This document shows, one piece after another, positions 7,112 through 17,544 of a DNA stretch of 24,000 nt. A program made the translations under genes and the position numbers. This DNA comes from Paradevosia shaoguanensis (lineage in GTDB: Bacteria > Pseudomonadota > Alphaproteobacteria > Rhizobiales > Devosiaceae). Every line of letters starts with the position of its first letter. Positions within the stretch are counted from its first letter, which is position 1. The stretch lies in the NCBI RefSeq assembly GCF_016801025.1, contig NZ_CP068983.1:2015888-2039887 (forward strand), in the 5' to 3' direction. Below the pieces are notes generated by a model, which saw only the letters and a program-made list of their open reading frames with translations, did not search any database and was not told the DNA's origin.

Positions 7112-7885
7112 GTGACCCTGATCGTCGACGTCTTCCAGGCTCGCCAGGACAATTACGGCTACCTCGCCCACGATACCCAGACCGGCAGGACGGCCGCCAT
7201 CGATGCTCCCGAGGCCCTGGCGATCAAGACGGCGCTGCTTCACCGCGGCTGGACGCTCTCCGACATCTTCATCACCCACCACCACACGGATCACGTCGAG
7301 GGCATTGCCGAGCTCAAGCGCGATTTCGGCGTCACTGTCACCGGCCCGCGCGCCGAGGCCGACAAGATCGACGGGCTCGACGTTCTGGTCGGCCCCGGCG
7401 AGCCGCTGGCCCTGGGCAAGACCGCGTTCGAGATCATTGCCACGCCCGGGCACACGCTCGGCCATATCGCCTATTTCGACCGTGCCGGGCTGCATCTCTT
7501 CACCGGTGACGCGCTCTTCTCGCTGGGCTGCGGGCGCATGTTCGAGGGAACGCCGGAGCCGATGTGGGAGGGGCTCAAGCGCCTGCGGGCGCTGCCCGAT
7601 GACACGCTCATCTATTGCGGGCACGAATACACTGCCGCCAATGCCCGCTACGCGCTCGCCGTCGATCCGGACAATCTCGATCTCAAGCTGCGCGCCGGGC
7701 AGGTCAACACCCTGCGCCAGGCCGGCCGCTTCACGGTGCCCTCGCGGCTGGGCGAAGAGAAGCGCGCCAATCCCTTCCTGCGCGCCGACGACCCAGGCAT
7801 AGCCGCAGCCATGGGCCTGCGCGGCGCCGAACCTTTTGCGGTTTTCGCGGCGCTTCGGAAGGGCAAGGACGAGTTCAAGGGGTAG
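7112..7885 (+). CDS. gloB: Hydroxyacylglutathione hydrolase (glyoxalase II)
   Basis: THHHTDHVEG metallo-beta-lactamase motif, TPGHTLGH, GDALF..GCGR and C-terminal NPFLR blocks characteristic of GloB. GTG start at 7112. Confidence 0.9.
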   Translation: MTLIVDVFQARQDNYGYLAHDTQTGRTAAIDAPEALAIKTALLHRGWTLSDIFITHHHTDHVEGIAELKRDFGVTVTGPRAEADKIDGLDVLVGPGEPLALGKTAFEIIATPGHTLGHIAYFDRAGLHLFTGDALFSLGCGRMFEGTPEPMWEGLKRLRALPDDTLIYCGHEYTAANARYALAVDPDNLDLKLRAGQVNTLRQAGRFTVPSRLGEEKRANPFLRADDPGIAAAMGLRGAEPFAVFAALRKGKDEFKG

Positions 7886-8011
7886 GGGCGCAACGGGAGC
7901 GCGGCCAGGGGCCGCCCACTGCTTCCAAATTCGCAACCCCAGCTCTTCGCCTCTCGGCTCCTATCCGCTGTCCGCGCCTTCTATTCCCCTGTCCTACCCA
8001 GCGCCACCGTC

Positions 8012-8150
8012 GCCACCAGGCGCACCACCCCCACGATCTTCCCCGGCCGCAGAGCCGGGGCCCACGGATGCCTCCACTCGAGTGGAGGGGTGCAATAGGC
8101 CCCGGGTCTTCGCCCGGGGAAGTTCAGTGGTGGGGTGGGATTGGGTGGTG
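8012..8150 (-). repeat. Intact long-form copy of the structured repeat (three 7-bp hairpins closed by an outer stem), inverted relative to the 5003-6234 copy
   Basis: The 85-nt core 8038-8122 matches 5029-5094 plus 6198-6216 (rc) with 3 mismatches. The outer arms CACCAC...GTGGTG are also conserved. Confidence 0.8.
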
Positions 8151-8463
8151 CCACGACAAGACGGGTTGCTCCGTTCGAGCCGGGCACCGGATCTCTCCAC
8201 CCTCCTGGCGGCCGGCGTAGAATAGCTGCGCCGCCGGCCCGGGCTCTCACCTCGAGCTACCCGGCTCTATGAGGAGGACGGACCGATCAATGCCCGAAAA
8301 GCACCGAGAAACCGCGCAAAACCCGCGCAGGATCGGCAAAGATGACCCGAAATTGAGTCAAAATTTAACGATTTGGGCGGGATGAGCGGTCAAAATCCGC
8401 TGCAAAGTCAGCTGGTTAGCTGAATTTTCCCCGCCAAAAACCCTCAAAAACACGCCTCTTCTC

Positions 8464-8487
8464 CGTGAAACAAAAATGTTTCACGGC
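8464..8487 (-). terminator. Perfect 10-bp palindrome CCGTGAAACA aaaa TGTTTCACGG downstream of dedA (terminator or operator)
   Basis: Read directly. It lies 25 nt past the dedA stop. There is no clear U tract on either strand. Confidence 0.35.
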
Positions 8488-8511
8488 AAGGCGCCCGAAA
8501 AGTCGCGCCGA

Positions 8512-9114
8512 TCAGGCGTCCGAGCGTTTCCAGGTCACGAAGCGGTAGAGGTAGATACCCACCAGGGCCACGACGATCACCTTGGTGGCCGGGTCGATCC
8601 AGGCCTCGACGATCGAATAGCTTTCGTGGAGCAGGTAGCCGGAGGCGGTGAGGATCAGGGTCCAGACGAAGCTGCCGATGGCCGTGCAGGCGACGAACGG
8701 CGTGAAGGGCATCGAGGCGAGGCCGGCGGGGATCGAGATCAGCGTGCGGATGGCCGGGATGAGGCGGCCGAAGAGCACGGTCAGTCGGCCGTATCTGGAG
8801 AACCAGCGGTTGGCGTCGTCGATATCGGCAGTCGAGATGGTGGCGACGCGCCCGAAGCGGTCGGCGAGCTTCTTCAGCCGTTCGAGGCCGAGCCAGCGCG
8901 CGACGAAATACCAGGGCAGGGTGCCGACGAGCGAACCGAGGACGCCGGCGATGACGACGCCGCCGAAGCCGAGGTTACCCTCTGCTGCGGCAAAGCCGGC
9001 AAAGGGCATGATCAGCTCGGACGGGATGGGTGGGAAGAGGTTTTCCAGGACCATCAGCATGAAGATGCCGACATAACCCTGTTCGGTGATGAAACCGATA
9101 ATCCACTCACTCAT
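8512..9114 (-). CDS. DedA/SNARE-associated family inner-membrane protein
   Basis: VLENLFPPIPSE signature near the N-terminus, multiple hydrophobic segments, 200 aa. Confidence 0.85.
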   Translation of the reverse strand: MSEWIIGFITEQGYVGIFMLMVLENLFPPIPSELIMPFAGFAAAEGNLGFGGVVIAGVLGSLVGTLPWYFVARWLGLERLKKLADRFGRVATISTADIDDANRWFSRYGRLTVLFGRLIPAIRTLISIPAGLASMPFTPFVACTAIGSFVWTLILTASGYLLHESYSIVEAWIDPATKVIVVALVGIYLYRFVTWKRSDA

Positions 9115-9220
9115 GCCGTCCGTCGCTCCTCGCTCGTTTCACGGTATCTCAGGTCGCTGTCCGTGCCCGATTCTCGAAAGTGCTCCCCCGGCAGAGGCCG
9201 GAAGAGCGGTGTCGAAAATC

Positions 9221-11035
9221 TTAGCTGGCGGCCTTGGCGCGCGACAGCTTCTTGCGCTCGTTGGGGTCGAGGGCGATCTTGCGCAGGCGGATCGACTTGG
9301 GCGTCACCTCGACATATTCGTCGTCGGCGATATAGCCGAGCGACTGTTCGAGAGTGAGCTTCTTCGGTGTCGTAAGTTTGACCGCCTCGTCCTTGGACGT
9401 GGTGCGGATGTTGGTCAGCTGCTTGCCCTTGAGCGGGTTCACTTCCAGGTCGTTTTCCCGGTTGTGCTCGCCGATGATCATGCCTTCGTAGACGTCGACG
9501 CCGCCCTCGATCATCATCGGGCCACGGTCTTCCAGGTTCCAGAGCGCATAGGTCACCGAAACGCCGGTGGCGTTCGAGATCAGCACGCCCGTGCGGCGAC
9601 CCGGCAGCGCGCCCTTGTAGGGAGCGTATTCGTGGAAGAGGCGGTTGAAGATCGCGGTGCCACGGGTGTCCGACAGCAGTTCGGGCTGGTAGCCGATGAG
9701 CGAGCGGGTCGGCACGAAGAAGCGCAGGCGGGTGCGGTTGACGCCCGAGGGGCGCATGTCCACCAGCTCGCCCTTGCGCTCGGTGAGCTTCTGGACGACG
9801 ACGCCGGAATGCTCGTCATCGACGTCGATGATGACTTCCTCGATCGGCTCGAGCTTCTGGCCGTTCTCCTCGCGCAGCACGACCTTCGGGCGACCGATGG
9901 TGAGCTCGAACCCTTCGCGGCGCATGTTCTCGATGAGAACGGCGAGCTGGAGTTCGCCGCGGCCGGCGACGTCGAACGAATCGTTGTCCTCGCCTTCGGT
10001 CACGCGGATGGCGACATTGCCTTCGGCTTCGCGCAGCAGGCGCTCGCGGATGACGCGGGACTGCACCTTGTCGCCTTCGCGGCCGGCCAGCGGGCCGTCA
10101 TTGATGCGGAAGGTGACCGAGAGGGTCGGCGGGTCGATCGGCTTGGTCTCGACCGGCTGGGTAACCTGCGGGGCGCAGATGGTGTTGGCGACGGTCGAAT
10201 CCTCAAGGCCTGCAATAGCAACGATGTCGCCGGCCTCGCCGACCTCGATCGGGGTGCGCTCAAGGCCGCGGAAGGCGAGAACCTTACTGACGCGGGCCTT
10301 CTCGACTTCCTTGCCGGTCCGGTCGAGCGTGTGGACGGCGTCGCCCGCCTTGACCGTGCCCGAGGTGATGCGGCCGGTGAGAACGCGGCCGAGGAACGGG
10401 TTGCGCTCGATGGTGGTGACGAGCATGCGGAACGGGCCCTCTTCCACCTTGGGCTCGGGCACGTATTCGACGACCTTGTCCAGCAGCGGGGCCATGGATT
10501 CGCGGGCGCCGCCGGGTTCGGTAGCCATCCAGCCATTGCGGCCCGAACCGTAGAGCACGGGGAAGTCGAGCTGCTCGGGGGTGGCGTCGAGCGCGATGAA
10601 GAGGTCGAAGATTTCCTCGAGCACTTCGAGGTGCCGCTCGTCGGTACGGTCGATCTTGTTGATCGCCACGATGGGCCGCAGGCCCTGGGCCAGCGCCTTG
10701 CCGAGCACGAACTTGGTCTGGGGCATCGGGCCTTCGGCCGCGTCCACCAGGATCACCACGCCATCCACCATCGAGAGGATGCGCTCGACTTCGCCGCCGA
10801 AATCGGCGTGGCCGGGCGTGTCCACGATATTGATGCGGGTGTCCTTCCAGACGAGGGAGGTCACCTTGGCCAGGATCGTGATGCCGCGCTCGCGCTCGAT
10901 ATCGTTGGAGTCCATGACGCGTTCTTCGACGCGCTGGTTCTCGCGGAAGGAGCCGGACTGCTTGAGCAGCACGTCAATGAGGGTCGTCTTGCCATGGTCG
11001 ACGTGGGCGATGATGGCGATATTGCGCAGGGACAT
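9221..11035 (-). CDS. typA: Translational GTPase TypA/BipA
   Basis: [31 protein letters not shown] and NKID G-motifs, plus EF-G-like domains and a TypA-specific C-terminus. Start at ATG 11033-11035 (604 aa); the track ORF is extended by 35 codons. Confidence 0.93.
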   Translation of the reverse strand: MSLRNIAIIAHVDHGKTTLIDVLLKQSGSFRENQRVEERVMDSNDIERERGITILAKVTSLVWKDTRINIVDTPGHADFGGEVERILSMVDGVVILVDAAEGPMPQTKFVLGKALAQGLRPIVAINKIDRTDERHLEVLEEIFDLFIALDATPEQLDFPVLYGSGRNGWMATEPGGARESMAPLLDKVVEYVPEPKVEEGPFRMLVTTIERNPFLGRVLTGRITSGTVKAGDAVHTLDRTGKEVEKARVSKVLAFRGLERTPIEVGEAGDIVAIAGLEDSTVANTICAPQVTQPVETKPIDPPTLSVTFRINDGPLAGREGDKVQSRVIRERLLREAEGNVAIRVTEGEDNDSFDVAGRGELQLAVLIENMRREGFELTIGRPKVVLREENGQKLEPIEEVIIDVDDEHSGVVVQKLTERKGELVDMRPSGVNRTRLRFFVPTRSLIGYQPELLSDTRGTAIFNRLFHEYAPYKGALPGRRTGVLISNATGVSVTYALWNLEDRGPMMIEGGVDVYEGMIIGEHNRENDLEVNPLKGKQLTNIRTTSKDEAVKLTTPKKLTLEQSLGYIADDEYVEVTPKSIRLRKIALDPNERKKLSRAKAAS

Positions 11036-11189
11036 CGAAAGGGTCACCAGTCTTGGCACGATTCCCAAAGGAAACGGTATTCCGGTCGGCTCGTGCTGGA
11101 ACAACAAAGCGCCAAGGTCCCCCGGGACGCAGTGGCGCATTTTTCGCTGCTGGCCTTACCGAAAAGATGTGTCGGAAACAAGATATTTC

Positions 11190-11210
11190 GGCGCAGGGCA
11201 GCCCTGCGCC
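11190..11210 (-). terminator. Hairpin GGCGCAGGG cag CCCTGCGCC immediately after the GGDEF-EAL gene stop
   Basis: 9-bp GC stem. On the - strand it is followed by gaaatatcttgttt. Confidence 0.55.
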
Positions 11211-11215
11211 CCATA

Positions 11216-13345
11216 TCAGGACGCCTTGCGCATGGCCCCGAGGCGGTCGGCTTCCGTGGCGAGAAGCTTGCGGATGGCGCTCGCTTCGATGGGCGGGCTG
11301 AACAGGAAGCCCTGCACTTCGTTGCAACCCTGGTCGCGCACGGCCTTCAACTGCTCCTCGGTTTCGACCCCTTCGGCGGTGGTCGACATGCCGAGCGAAT
11401 GCCCCAGCCCGATCACCGCCTTGATGATGGCTAGGCTATCGCTGCGCCCGTCGAGGTCGCGCATGAAGGAGCGGTCGATCTTGATCTTGTCGAAGGGGAA
11501 GGAGCGCAGGTAGGAGAGCGAGGAATAGCCGGTGCCGAAATCGTCCATCGAGATGCGCACGCCCAAGGCGCGCAGTTCGTGGAGGGTCTTGAGCGTGGAT
11601 TCGTTGTCGGCCAGGAGCAGCGATTCCGTGATTTCGAGTTCGAGCCGGGTCGCCGGCAGGCCGGTTTCGGCGAGAACCGCACGGACCGTTTCCCCGAGCT
11701 TGCGGTTCTTAAACTGGATGGGCGAGAGATTGACCGCCACCCGGATACCGGACGGCCAGGTGGCGGCGGCGCGGCAGGCCTGGCGCAGCACCCATTCCCC
11801 GATCTGGACGATGAGGCCGGTCTCCTCGGCGATGGGAATGAACTCGGCCGGCGAGATGGTGCCGAGCTCGGCGTGGTCCCAGCGCAGCAGCGCCTCGAAG
11901 CACGTGACGCGGTTTTCCTTGAGGCCGACCAGCGGCTGGAACACGAGACGCAGCTCGTCGCGCGACAGCGCCACACGCAGGCCCTGCTCGATCGTGCGGC
12001 GCTTCTGGAGGTCGGCATCCATGCCGGGCTCGAAGAAGTGATAGGCCGAGCGGCCCTCGCTCTTGGCCTTGTAGCAGGCGAGATCGGCATTCTTCATCAG
12101 CGTATCGGTCAGGGCGCCATCGCCGGGCGCCATGGCGATGCCGACGCTGGCGCCGATAAGGATATGGTGGCCCTGGATCTGGAAGGGTGCCGCGATCACC
12201 TTGACGATGCGCTCGGCCACCCGCGCCGCATCGGCCGGATGCTCGACCGGGCGCAGCAGCAGGGAGAATTCGTCTCCCCCGAGCCGGGCGAGGATATCGG
12301 TCTCGCGCGTCGTGCCCCAGAGGCGGGCGGAGACCTGCTTTAGGACCTCGTCGCCGATGGCGTGGCCCAGGGTATCGTTGACTGCCTTGAAGTGGTCGAG
12401 GTCGATGCAGAGCACGGCCGCCTTCTCGCCGCGCTTGAGCCCGCTTTCGAGCGAAGCCATCTCCTCGAGGAACTGGATGCGGTTGGGCAGGTCCGTCAGC
12501 GCGTCATGGCGCGCCAGGTGGCGGATGCGTGCCTCGGTCTGGCGCTGCTCGGTTATGTCCTCGTGGGTCGAGACCCAGCCGCCATCCTTCATGGGATGGT
12601 GCTGCATCATGATGGTGCGGCCGTAGAGCTCGTGGATGTTCTTGCCGTATTCGCCCTTGGCGATGACGTCGCGGCGCCACTGGATATAGCCCTCGCGATC
12701 TTCCATCGCGCTCATGCCCTGGTCGAACAGCCAGCCGAGGATGTCCTCGAGCTGCGTGCCTGGGCGCAGATAGTCCTCGGGCAGGTTGTAGATGCGCTGG
12801 TAGGGCTGGTTGCAGATGACGAGCCGACCCTTGGGGTCGTACATGCAAAGGCCCTGCGAGATATTGTTGACCGCCGCGTCCAGCCGGATGTTCTGCCGTT
12901 CGAGTTCGCGGCGGCGACGCTGGACGATCTCGTTCTTTTCAAGCTCTTCGGTCACGTCCTCGTGCGTCACCACCCAACCGAGGCCGGGCGCGAAGACATG
13001 GGCGCTCTCGACCGTGCGGCCGCCGGCCAGCGTCTCGCGCTCCTTGGCGCGGGCGCCGCTGCGATTGGCCAGCAATTGATGGGTATAGGCTTCGTAGAAC
13101 TCGGAAACGCCCTGTCCCGGGTGGTTGCCCAGGCGCGCGGAGAGCTCGACGATCTCCTCCAGCGTCATGCCCTTGCGGATGGCCTTGGCCGAGAAGCCAT
13201 AGATGTCCAGGTAGTGCCGGTTCCACATCACGAGGCGGAACTTCGGACTCCAGACACAGAAGCCATATGGAATGCTTTCGAGGGCCGCATCGAGCAAAAG
13301 CCCGCCGGCCTCCCCTGCCTGCTGGTCCCCCAAACCCGCCTGCAT
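11216..13345 (-). CDS. PAS-PAS-GGDEF-EAL c-di-GMP signalling protein
   Basis: Two PAS-like segments. [14 protein letters not shown] (GGDEF A-site with RxxD I-site 5 residues upstream). EAL-domain motifs [38 protein letters not shown]. The first ATG (13343-13345) has SD GAGGA 7 nt upstream; the track start at 13375 is a TTG. Confidence 0.9.
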   Translation of the reverse strand: MQAGLGDQQAGEAGGLLLDAALESIPYGFCVWSPKFRLVMWNRHYLDIYGFSAKAIRKGMTLEEIVELSARLGNHPGQGVSEFYEAYTHQLLANRSGARAKERETLAGGRTVESAHVFAPGLGWVVTHEDVTEELEKNEIVQRRRRELERQNIRLDAAVNNISQGLCMYDPKGRLVICNQPYQRIYNLPEDYLRPGTQLEDILGWLFDQGMSAMEDREGYIQWRRDVIAKGEYGKNIHELYGRTIMMQHHPMKDGGWVSTHEDITEQRQTEARIRHLARHDALTDLPNRIQFLEEMASLESGLKRGEKAAVLCIDLDHFKAVNDTLGHAIGDEVLKQVSARLWGTTRETDILARLGGDEFSLLLRPVEHPADAARVAERIVKVIAAPFQIQGHHILIGASVGIAMAPGDGALTDTLMKNADLACYKAKSEGRSAYHFFEPGMDADLQKRRTIEQGLRVALSRDELRLVFQPLVGLKENRVTCFEALLRWDHAELGTISPAEFIPIAEETGLIVQIGEWVLRQACRAAATWPSGIRVAVNLSPIQFKNRKLGETVRAVLAETGLPATRLELEITESLLLADNESTLKTLHELRALGVRISMDDFGTGYSSLSYLRSFPFDKIKIDRSFMRDLDGRSDSLAIIKAVIGLGHSLGMSTTAEGVETEEQLKAVRDQGCNEVQGFLFSPPIEASAIRKLLATEADRLGAMRKAS

Positions 13346-13403
13346 CCGGTCATCCTCGATTTTTCGTTCCCCCAAAACGAGCGGCTAGGCTAGCCGCCCC
13401 GAC

Positions 13404-13418
13404 TTAATGGGTACTTAA
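13404..13418. promoter_or_regulatory. Full CtrA-type box TTAA-N7-TTAA(C)
   Basis: TTAAtgggtacTTAAc read directly. It lies about 60-75 nt upstream of ATG 13345 of the GGDEF-EAL gene. Confidence 0.45.
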
Positions 13419-13454
13419 CCGGAGAGGATGACCACGACCCCATGTAAATGGGGA

Positions 13455-13474
13455 GGCCCGCCGGGAGGCGGGCC
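13455..13474 (-). terminator. argG terminator hairpin GGCCCGCC ggga GGCGGGCC (a second hairpin CCCCAT gtaa ATGGGG lies at 13437-13452)
   Basis: 8-bp GC stem starting 7 nt after the argG stop. On the - strand it is followed by tccccattt. Confidence 0.6.
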
Positions 13475-13480
13475 TTATGG

Positions 13481-14704
<1,224 letters not shown>

Positions 14705-14834
14705 GGTGATGGTCTGTTTCCCGTTCTGATCGCGACACGATACACCAGCGGCAAAGCAATATTCTTGCGATAACGTCAAGCCTGGGCCACAAGGTGGCAT
14801 TATCTGCCAATGCCGCATGCCTGAAAGCCGGAAT

Positions 14835-15302
14835 ATGCCAGATTCGCTCGATGCCATCGATCGCCGCATCCTCAAAGCATTGCAGCGCAACGCGCGCATG
14901 TCCAATGTCGAGTTGGCCAACGAGGTCGGCCTCTCGCCCTCGCCGTGCCTCAGGCGGGTGCGCCTGCTCGAGGAATCTGGGGTCATCGACCAATATGTGG
15001 CGGTGCTCAACGGCGCCAAGGTCGGCATTGGTCTCACCGTCTTCGTGCGGGTGTGGTTCAAGACCCAGGATGCAGCCGTGACCCATCAGTTCGCCGAGAC
15101 GGTGCGCAACTTCCCCGAAGTGGTCGAGTGCTACCTCACCACTGGCGAATGCGACGCAATCATGCGAGTGGTAACCGCAGATCTTCATGCCTATTGGCGC
15201 TTCCAGGCCGACTATCTCACCCGTATTCCAAGCGTGCAGAGCGTCAAGACCGACGTGCCGATGGAAACCATCAAGCGAAGCTACGAGCTGCCTCTGGGTT
15301 GA
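14835..15302 (+). CDS. Lrp/AsnC family transcriptional regulator
   Basis: [50 protein letters not shown] region plus an AsnC-type C-terminal domain. ATG 14817 is an alternative start. Confidence 0.85.
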   Translation: MPDSLDAIDRRILKALQRNARMSNVELANEVGLSPSPCLRRVRLLEESGVIDQYVAVLNGAKVGIGLTVFVRVWFKTQDAAVTHQFAETVRNFPEVVECYLTTGECDAIMRVVTADLHAYWRFQADYLTRIPSVQSVKTDVPMETIKRSYELPLG

Positions 15303-15330
15303 GGCCGGCGCGGGCCGAGCGGAGCCGACA

Positions 15331-15981
15331 ATGCCCCCATTCCTTCCCGATCCCTCGGTGATCCTGGCCTTTGCGCTGGCAACGATCGTGCTGGCCATCA
15401 CGCCCGGCCCCGACATGGCCCTGCAATTGAGCCGCGCCATCAATTACGGCCGCGCCCATGGCGTGGCGGCGATGTTCGGCGCCATGACTGGAATTCTCGT
15501 GCACACGACGCTCGTCGCCTTCGGCATTTCCGTCCTCATCATCGCCGCCCCGCCGCTGTTCCTGGCGCTCAAGATCGTGGGCGCGCTTTATCTCCTCTGG
15601 CTCGCCTATCAGGCCATCGTCCATGGCGGCGGGCTGCGCATCGCCGAGGCTGCCAAGAAACCGCCGACGGTCTGGCAGAGCTTCATGACCGGCATCGGCA
15701 TCAATCTGCTCAACCCCAAGGTCGTGCTGTTCTTCGTGACCTTCCTGCCCCAGTTCGTGGATGCCCACGATCCGGCGGCGACCGGCAAGCTCTTCTTCCT
15801 CGGCGGCGAATTCGTGCTGCTCTCGATCCCGCTGGGGCTCCTCACCGTGCTCATGGCCGATTGGCTCGCCGCGGCCTTCAAGCGTACCAAGTGGGTCGAG
15901 CGCGCGCTCAACTGGTCGTTCGCCGCCATCTTCACGGCCTTCGCGGCCACCATTCTCACCGCACAGGCGCGCCACGGATGA
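15331..15981 (+). CDS. LysE/RhtB family amino-acid exporter
   Basis: ITPGPDM near the N-terminus, NPKVVLFF motif, six hydrophobic segments, 216 aa. ATG 15331 has GGAG 6 nt upstream. Confidence 0.85.
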   Translation: MPPFLPDPSVILAFALATIVLAITPGPDMALQLSRAINYGRAHGVAAMFGAMTGILVHTTLVAFGISVLIIAAPPLFLALKIVGALYLLWLAYQAIVHGGGLRIAEAAKKPPTVWQSFMTGIGINLLNPKVVLFFVTFLPQFVDAHDPAATGKLFFLGGEFVLLSIPLGLLTVLMADWLAAAFKRTKWVERALNWSFAAIFTAFAATILTAQARHG

Positions 15982-16826
15982 ATTATCGCCACGCCTTCCA
16001 TGCCGGCAATTTCGCCGACGTGGTCAAGCACCTGATCCTCACCCGCATCCTGGCCTACCTGGCCCTGAAGCCGGCCGCCTACCGCGTGCTCGATACCCAT
16101 TCGGGCGTTGGTCTCTACGACCTGCGGGGCGAGAAGGCCTCCAAGACTGGTGAGTGGGAGGAAGGGATCAAGCGCGTTTTCGACCGACCGCTCGAAGGCG
16201 AGGCGGCGAATCTGGCCGCGCCCTACCTCGATATCGTGCGCAGCTTCAATCCGAATGGCGGGCTGCGCTACTACCCGGGCTCGCCCTTCATCACCCGCCG
16301 AATGCTGCGTGAGCAGGACCGGCTCTTCGCCCTCGAACTCCATCCGCGTGACGTCATGGCGCTCAAGGAGAATTTCGCCGGTGACATCCAGGTGCGTGTC
16401 ACCGAACTCGACGGCTGGGCGGCTCTGGGCACGCATCTGCCGCCCAAGGAAAAGCGCGGCCTGGTGCTCATCGACCCGCCCTTCGAGGAGCCCAACGAAT
16501 ACCCGCGCATGGTCAGCGCCCTCGAAAAGGCCCACAAGCGCTTTCCCAACGGGGTCTTCGCGCTCTGGTATCCGATCAAGGACCCGCGCGATGCCGAACG
16601 CTTCGCCGCCGATCTCAAGGCCACCGGCATCCCGAAGATCCTGCGCACGGAACTGACCATCCGCGCCGCCTCGACGCCGCCGCGCCTTCACGGCACCGGC
16701 ATGGTGATCGTCAACCCACCCTATACGCTTGAAAGCGAACTCAAGGTGCTGTTTCCGGCGCTGGCCGGGCTGCTGGCGGACGAGGGCAGGGGACGCTATC
16801 GTATCGACTGGCTGGTGGGGGAATAG
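15978..16826 (+). CDS. rlmJ: 23S rRNA (adenine2030-N6)-methyltransferase
   Basis: MNYRHAFHAGNFADVVKH N-terminus and LIDPPFE catalytic motif typical of RlmJ. Its ATG overlaps the lysE stop (ATGA at 15978-15981). Confidence 0.85.
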   Translation: MNYRHAFHAGNFADVVKHLILTRILAYLALKPAAYRVLDTHSGVGLYDLRGEKASKTGEWEEGIKRVFDRPLEGEAANLAAPYLDIVRSFNPNGGLRYYPGSPFITRRMLREQDRLFALELHPRDVMALKENFAGDIQVRVTELDGWAALGTHLPPKEKRGLVLIDPPFEEPNEYPRMVSALEKAHKRFPNGVFALWYPIKDPRDAERFAADLKATGIPKILRTELTIRAASTPPRLHGTGMVIVNPPYTLESELKVLFPALAGLLADEGRGRYRIDWLVGE

Positions 16827-16877
16827 GAGCTTCCGGCGCCCGCCGACGTTATGGGGCAGGTGTGGGAGAGAGCATCT

Positions 16878-17501
16878 ATGTCCGTACTGCCCCGATTGGC
16901 CAATGCGCTCGGCCGCAATGACGAAGCGCCCAATGTCGCGCTGGCCGAGAGCCTGGCGGCAAGCGGAGACGAGGCCGGCATTGCCGAATTGGTCGGCGCT
17001 ATCGGCTCGGGTCCGCAGGCGGTGCGCAACGATGCCATCAAGGCGCTCTACGAGTTGGGCGAACGCCGCCCGGAGCTTCTGGCGCCGCATTGGCAGGCGC
17101 TCTTCGCCGCGCTCAAGTCCCGCAATAACCGCATGGTCTGGGGTGCACTCACCGCCATTGATACCATCACCGCCGAGCGCAGCGCCGATATTGCCGCGCG
17201 CCTTCCCGAAGTCCTCGAGGCGGCCGCCGGCAGTTCGGTGATCGCGCGGGATAGGACGGTCTCGATCCTCGTCAAGCTCGCCGAGGCCGGGCATCAGGCG
17301 CGGACGCTGCCCATCCTCCTCGATACGCTGCGCACTGCGCCGGACAACCAGTTGCCGTCCTACGCCGAAGCTGTCGGGCCAATCATCGGCCGCGACAATA
17401 TCGAGGAGTTTCGCGCCATTCTCGAAACACGCCTCCGCGGTATGGAGCAGAAATCCAAGCGGGTGCGCATCGAGAAAGTGCTGCGGCGTCTGCCGCGTTG
17501 A
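16878..17501 (+). CDS. Hypothetical alpha-helical (HEAT/ARM-repeat-like) protein
   Basis: Leu/Ala-rich helical repeats with GC3-rich codons. ATG 16878 is preceded by GGGAGAG; the track start 16851 lacks an SD. Confidence 0.6.
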   Translation: MSVLPRLANALGRNDEAPNVALAESLAASGDEAGIAELVGAIGSGPQAVRNDAIKALYELGERRPELLAPHWQALFAALKSRNNRMVWGALTAIDTITAERSADIAARLPEVLEAAAGSSVIARDRTVSILVKLAEAGHQARTLPILLDTLRTAPDNQLPSYAEAVGPIIGRDNIEEFRAILETRLRGMEQKSKRVRIEKVLRRLPR

Positions 17502-17544
17502 AACCGGGTCGCCTGACCCTCAGCATTCCGGCAGGGTTTTGGCC

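Noticed and set aside
5003-8150. Idea that the inverted repeat copies define a composite transposon or island carrying the IS, methyltransferase and gloB
   Set aside because: The repeats are REP-like host elements also present elsewhere (2687-2742). The methyltransferase/gloB pair next to hisC-tyrC looks like conserved core synteny in Rhizobiales, no flanking duplication is visible, and composition does not differ from the surroundings.
8269-8385. 38-codon ORF (ATG 8269) preceded or overlapped by GAGGAGGA in the unassigned region
   Set aside because: Its third-position GC (about 22 of 37 codons by hand count) is clearly lower than in real genes here, and the SD-like sequence lies inside the ORF rather than upstream. 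I kept it only as part of the unassigned-region finding.
11050-11066. cTTGGCACGattcccaaa, a sigma54-like -24 element upstream of typA (plus strand)
   Set aside because: There is no GC at the -12 position (AA instead), and it lies on the wrong strand for typA.
9086-11434. 782-aa ORF on the + strand
   Set aside because: It is antisense to the unambiguous typA and EAL-domain genes. It is rich in Ala/Gly/Asp/Arg/Val with no recognisable motif, a typical high-GC shadow frame.
15609-17294. 561-aa ORF on the - strand
   Set aside because: It spans three well-supported + strand genes (lysE, rlmJ and the HEAT-like gene) in antisense, so it is a shadow ORF. The same reasoning applies to 6221-7060(+), 7091-7936(-), 8476-9357(+), 12362-13393(+), 21477-22457(+) and the many shorter Arg/Pro/Ser-rich ORFs.
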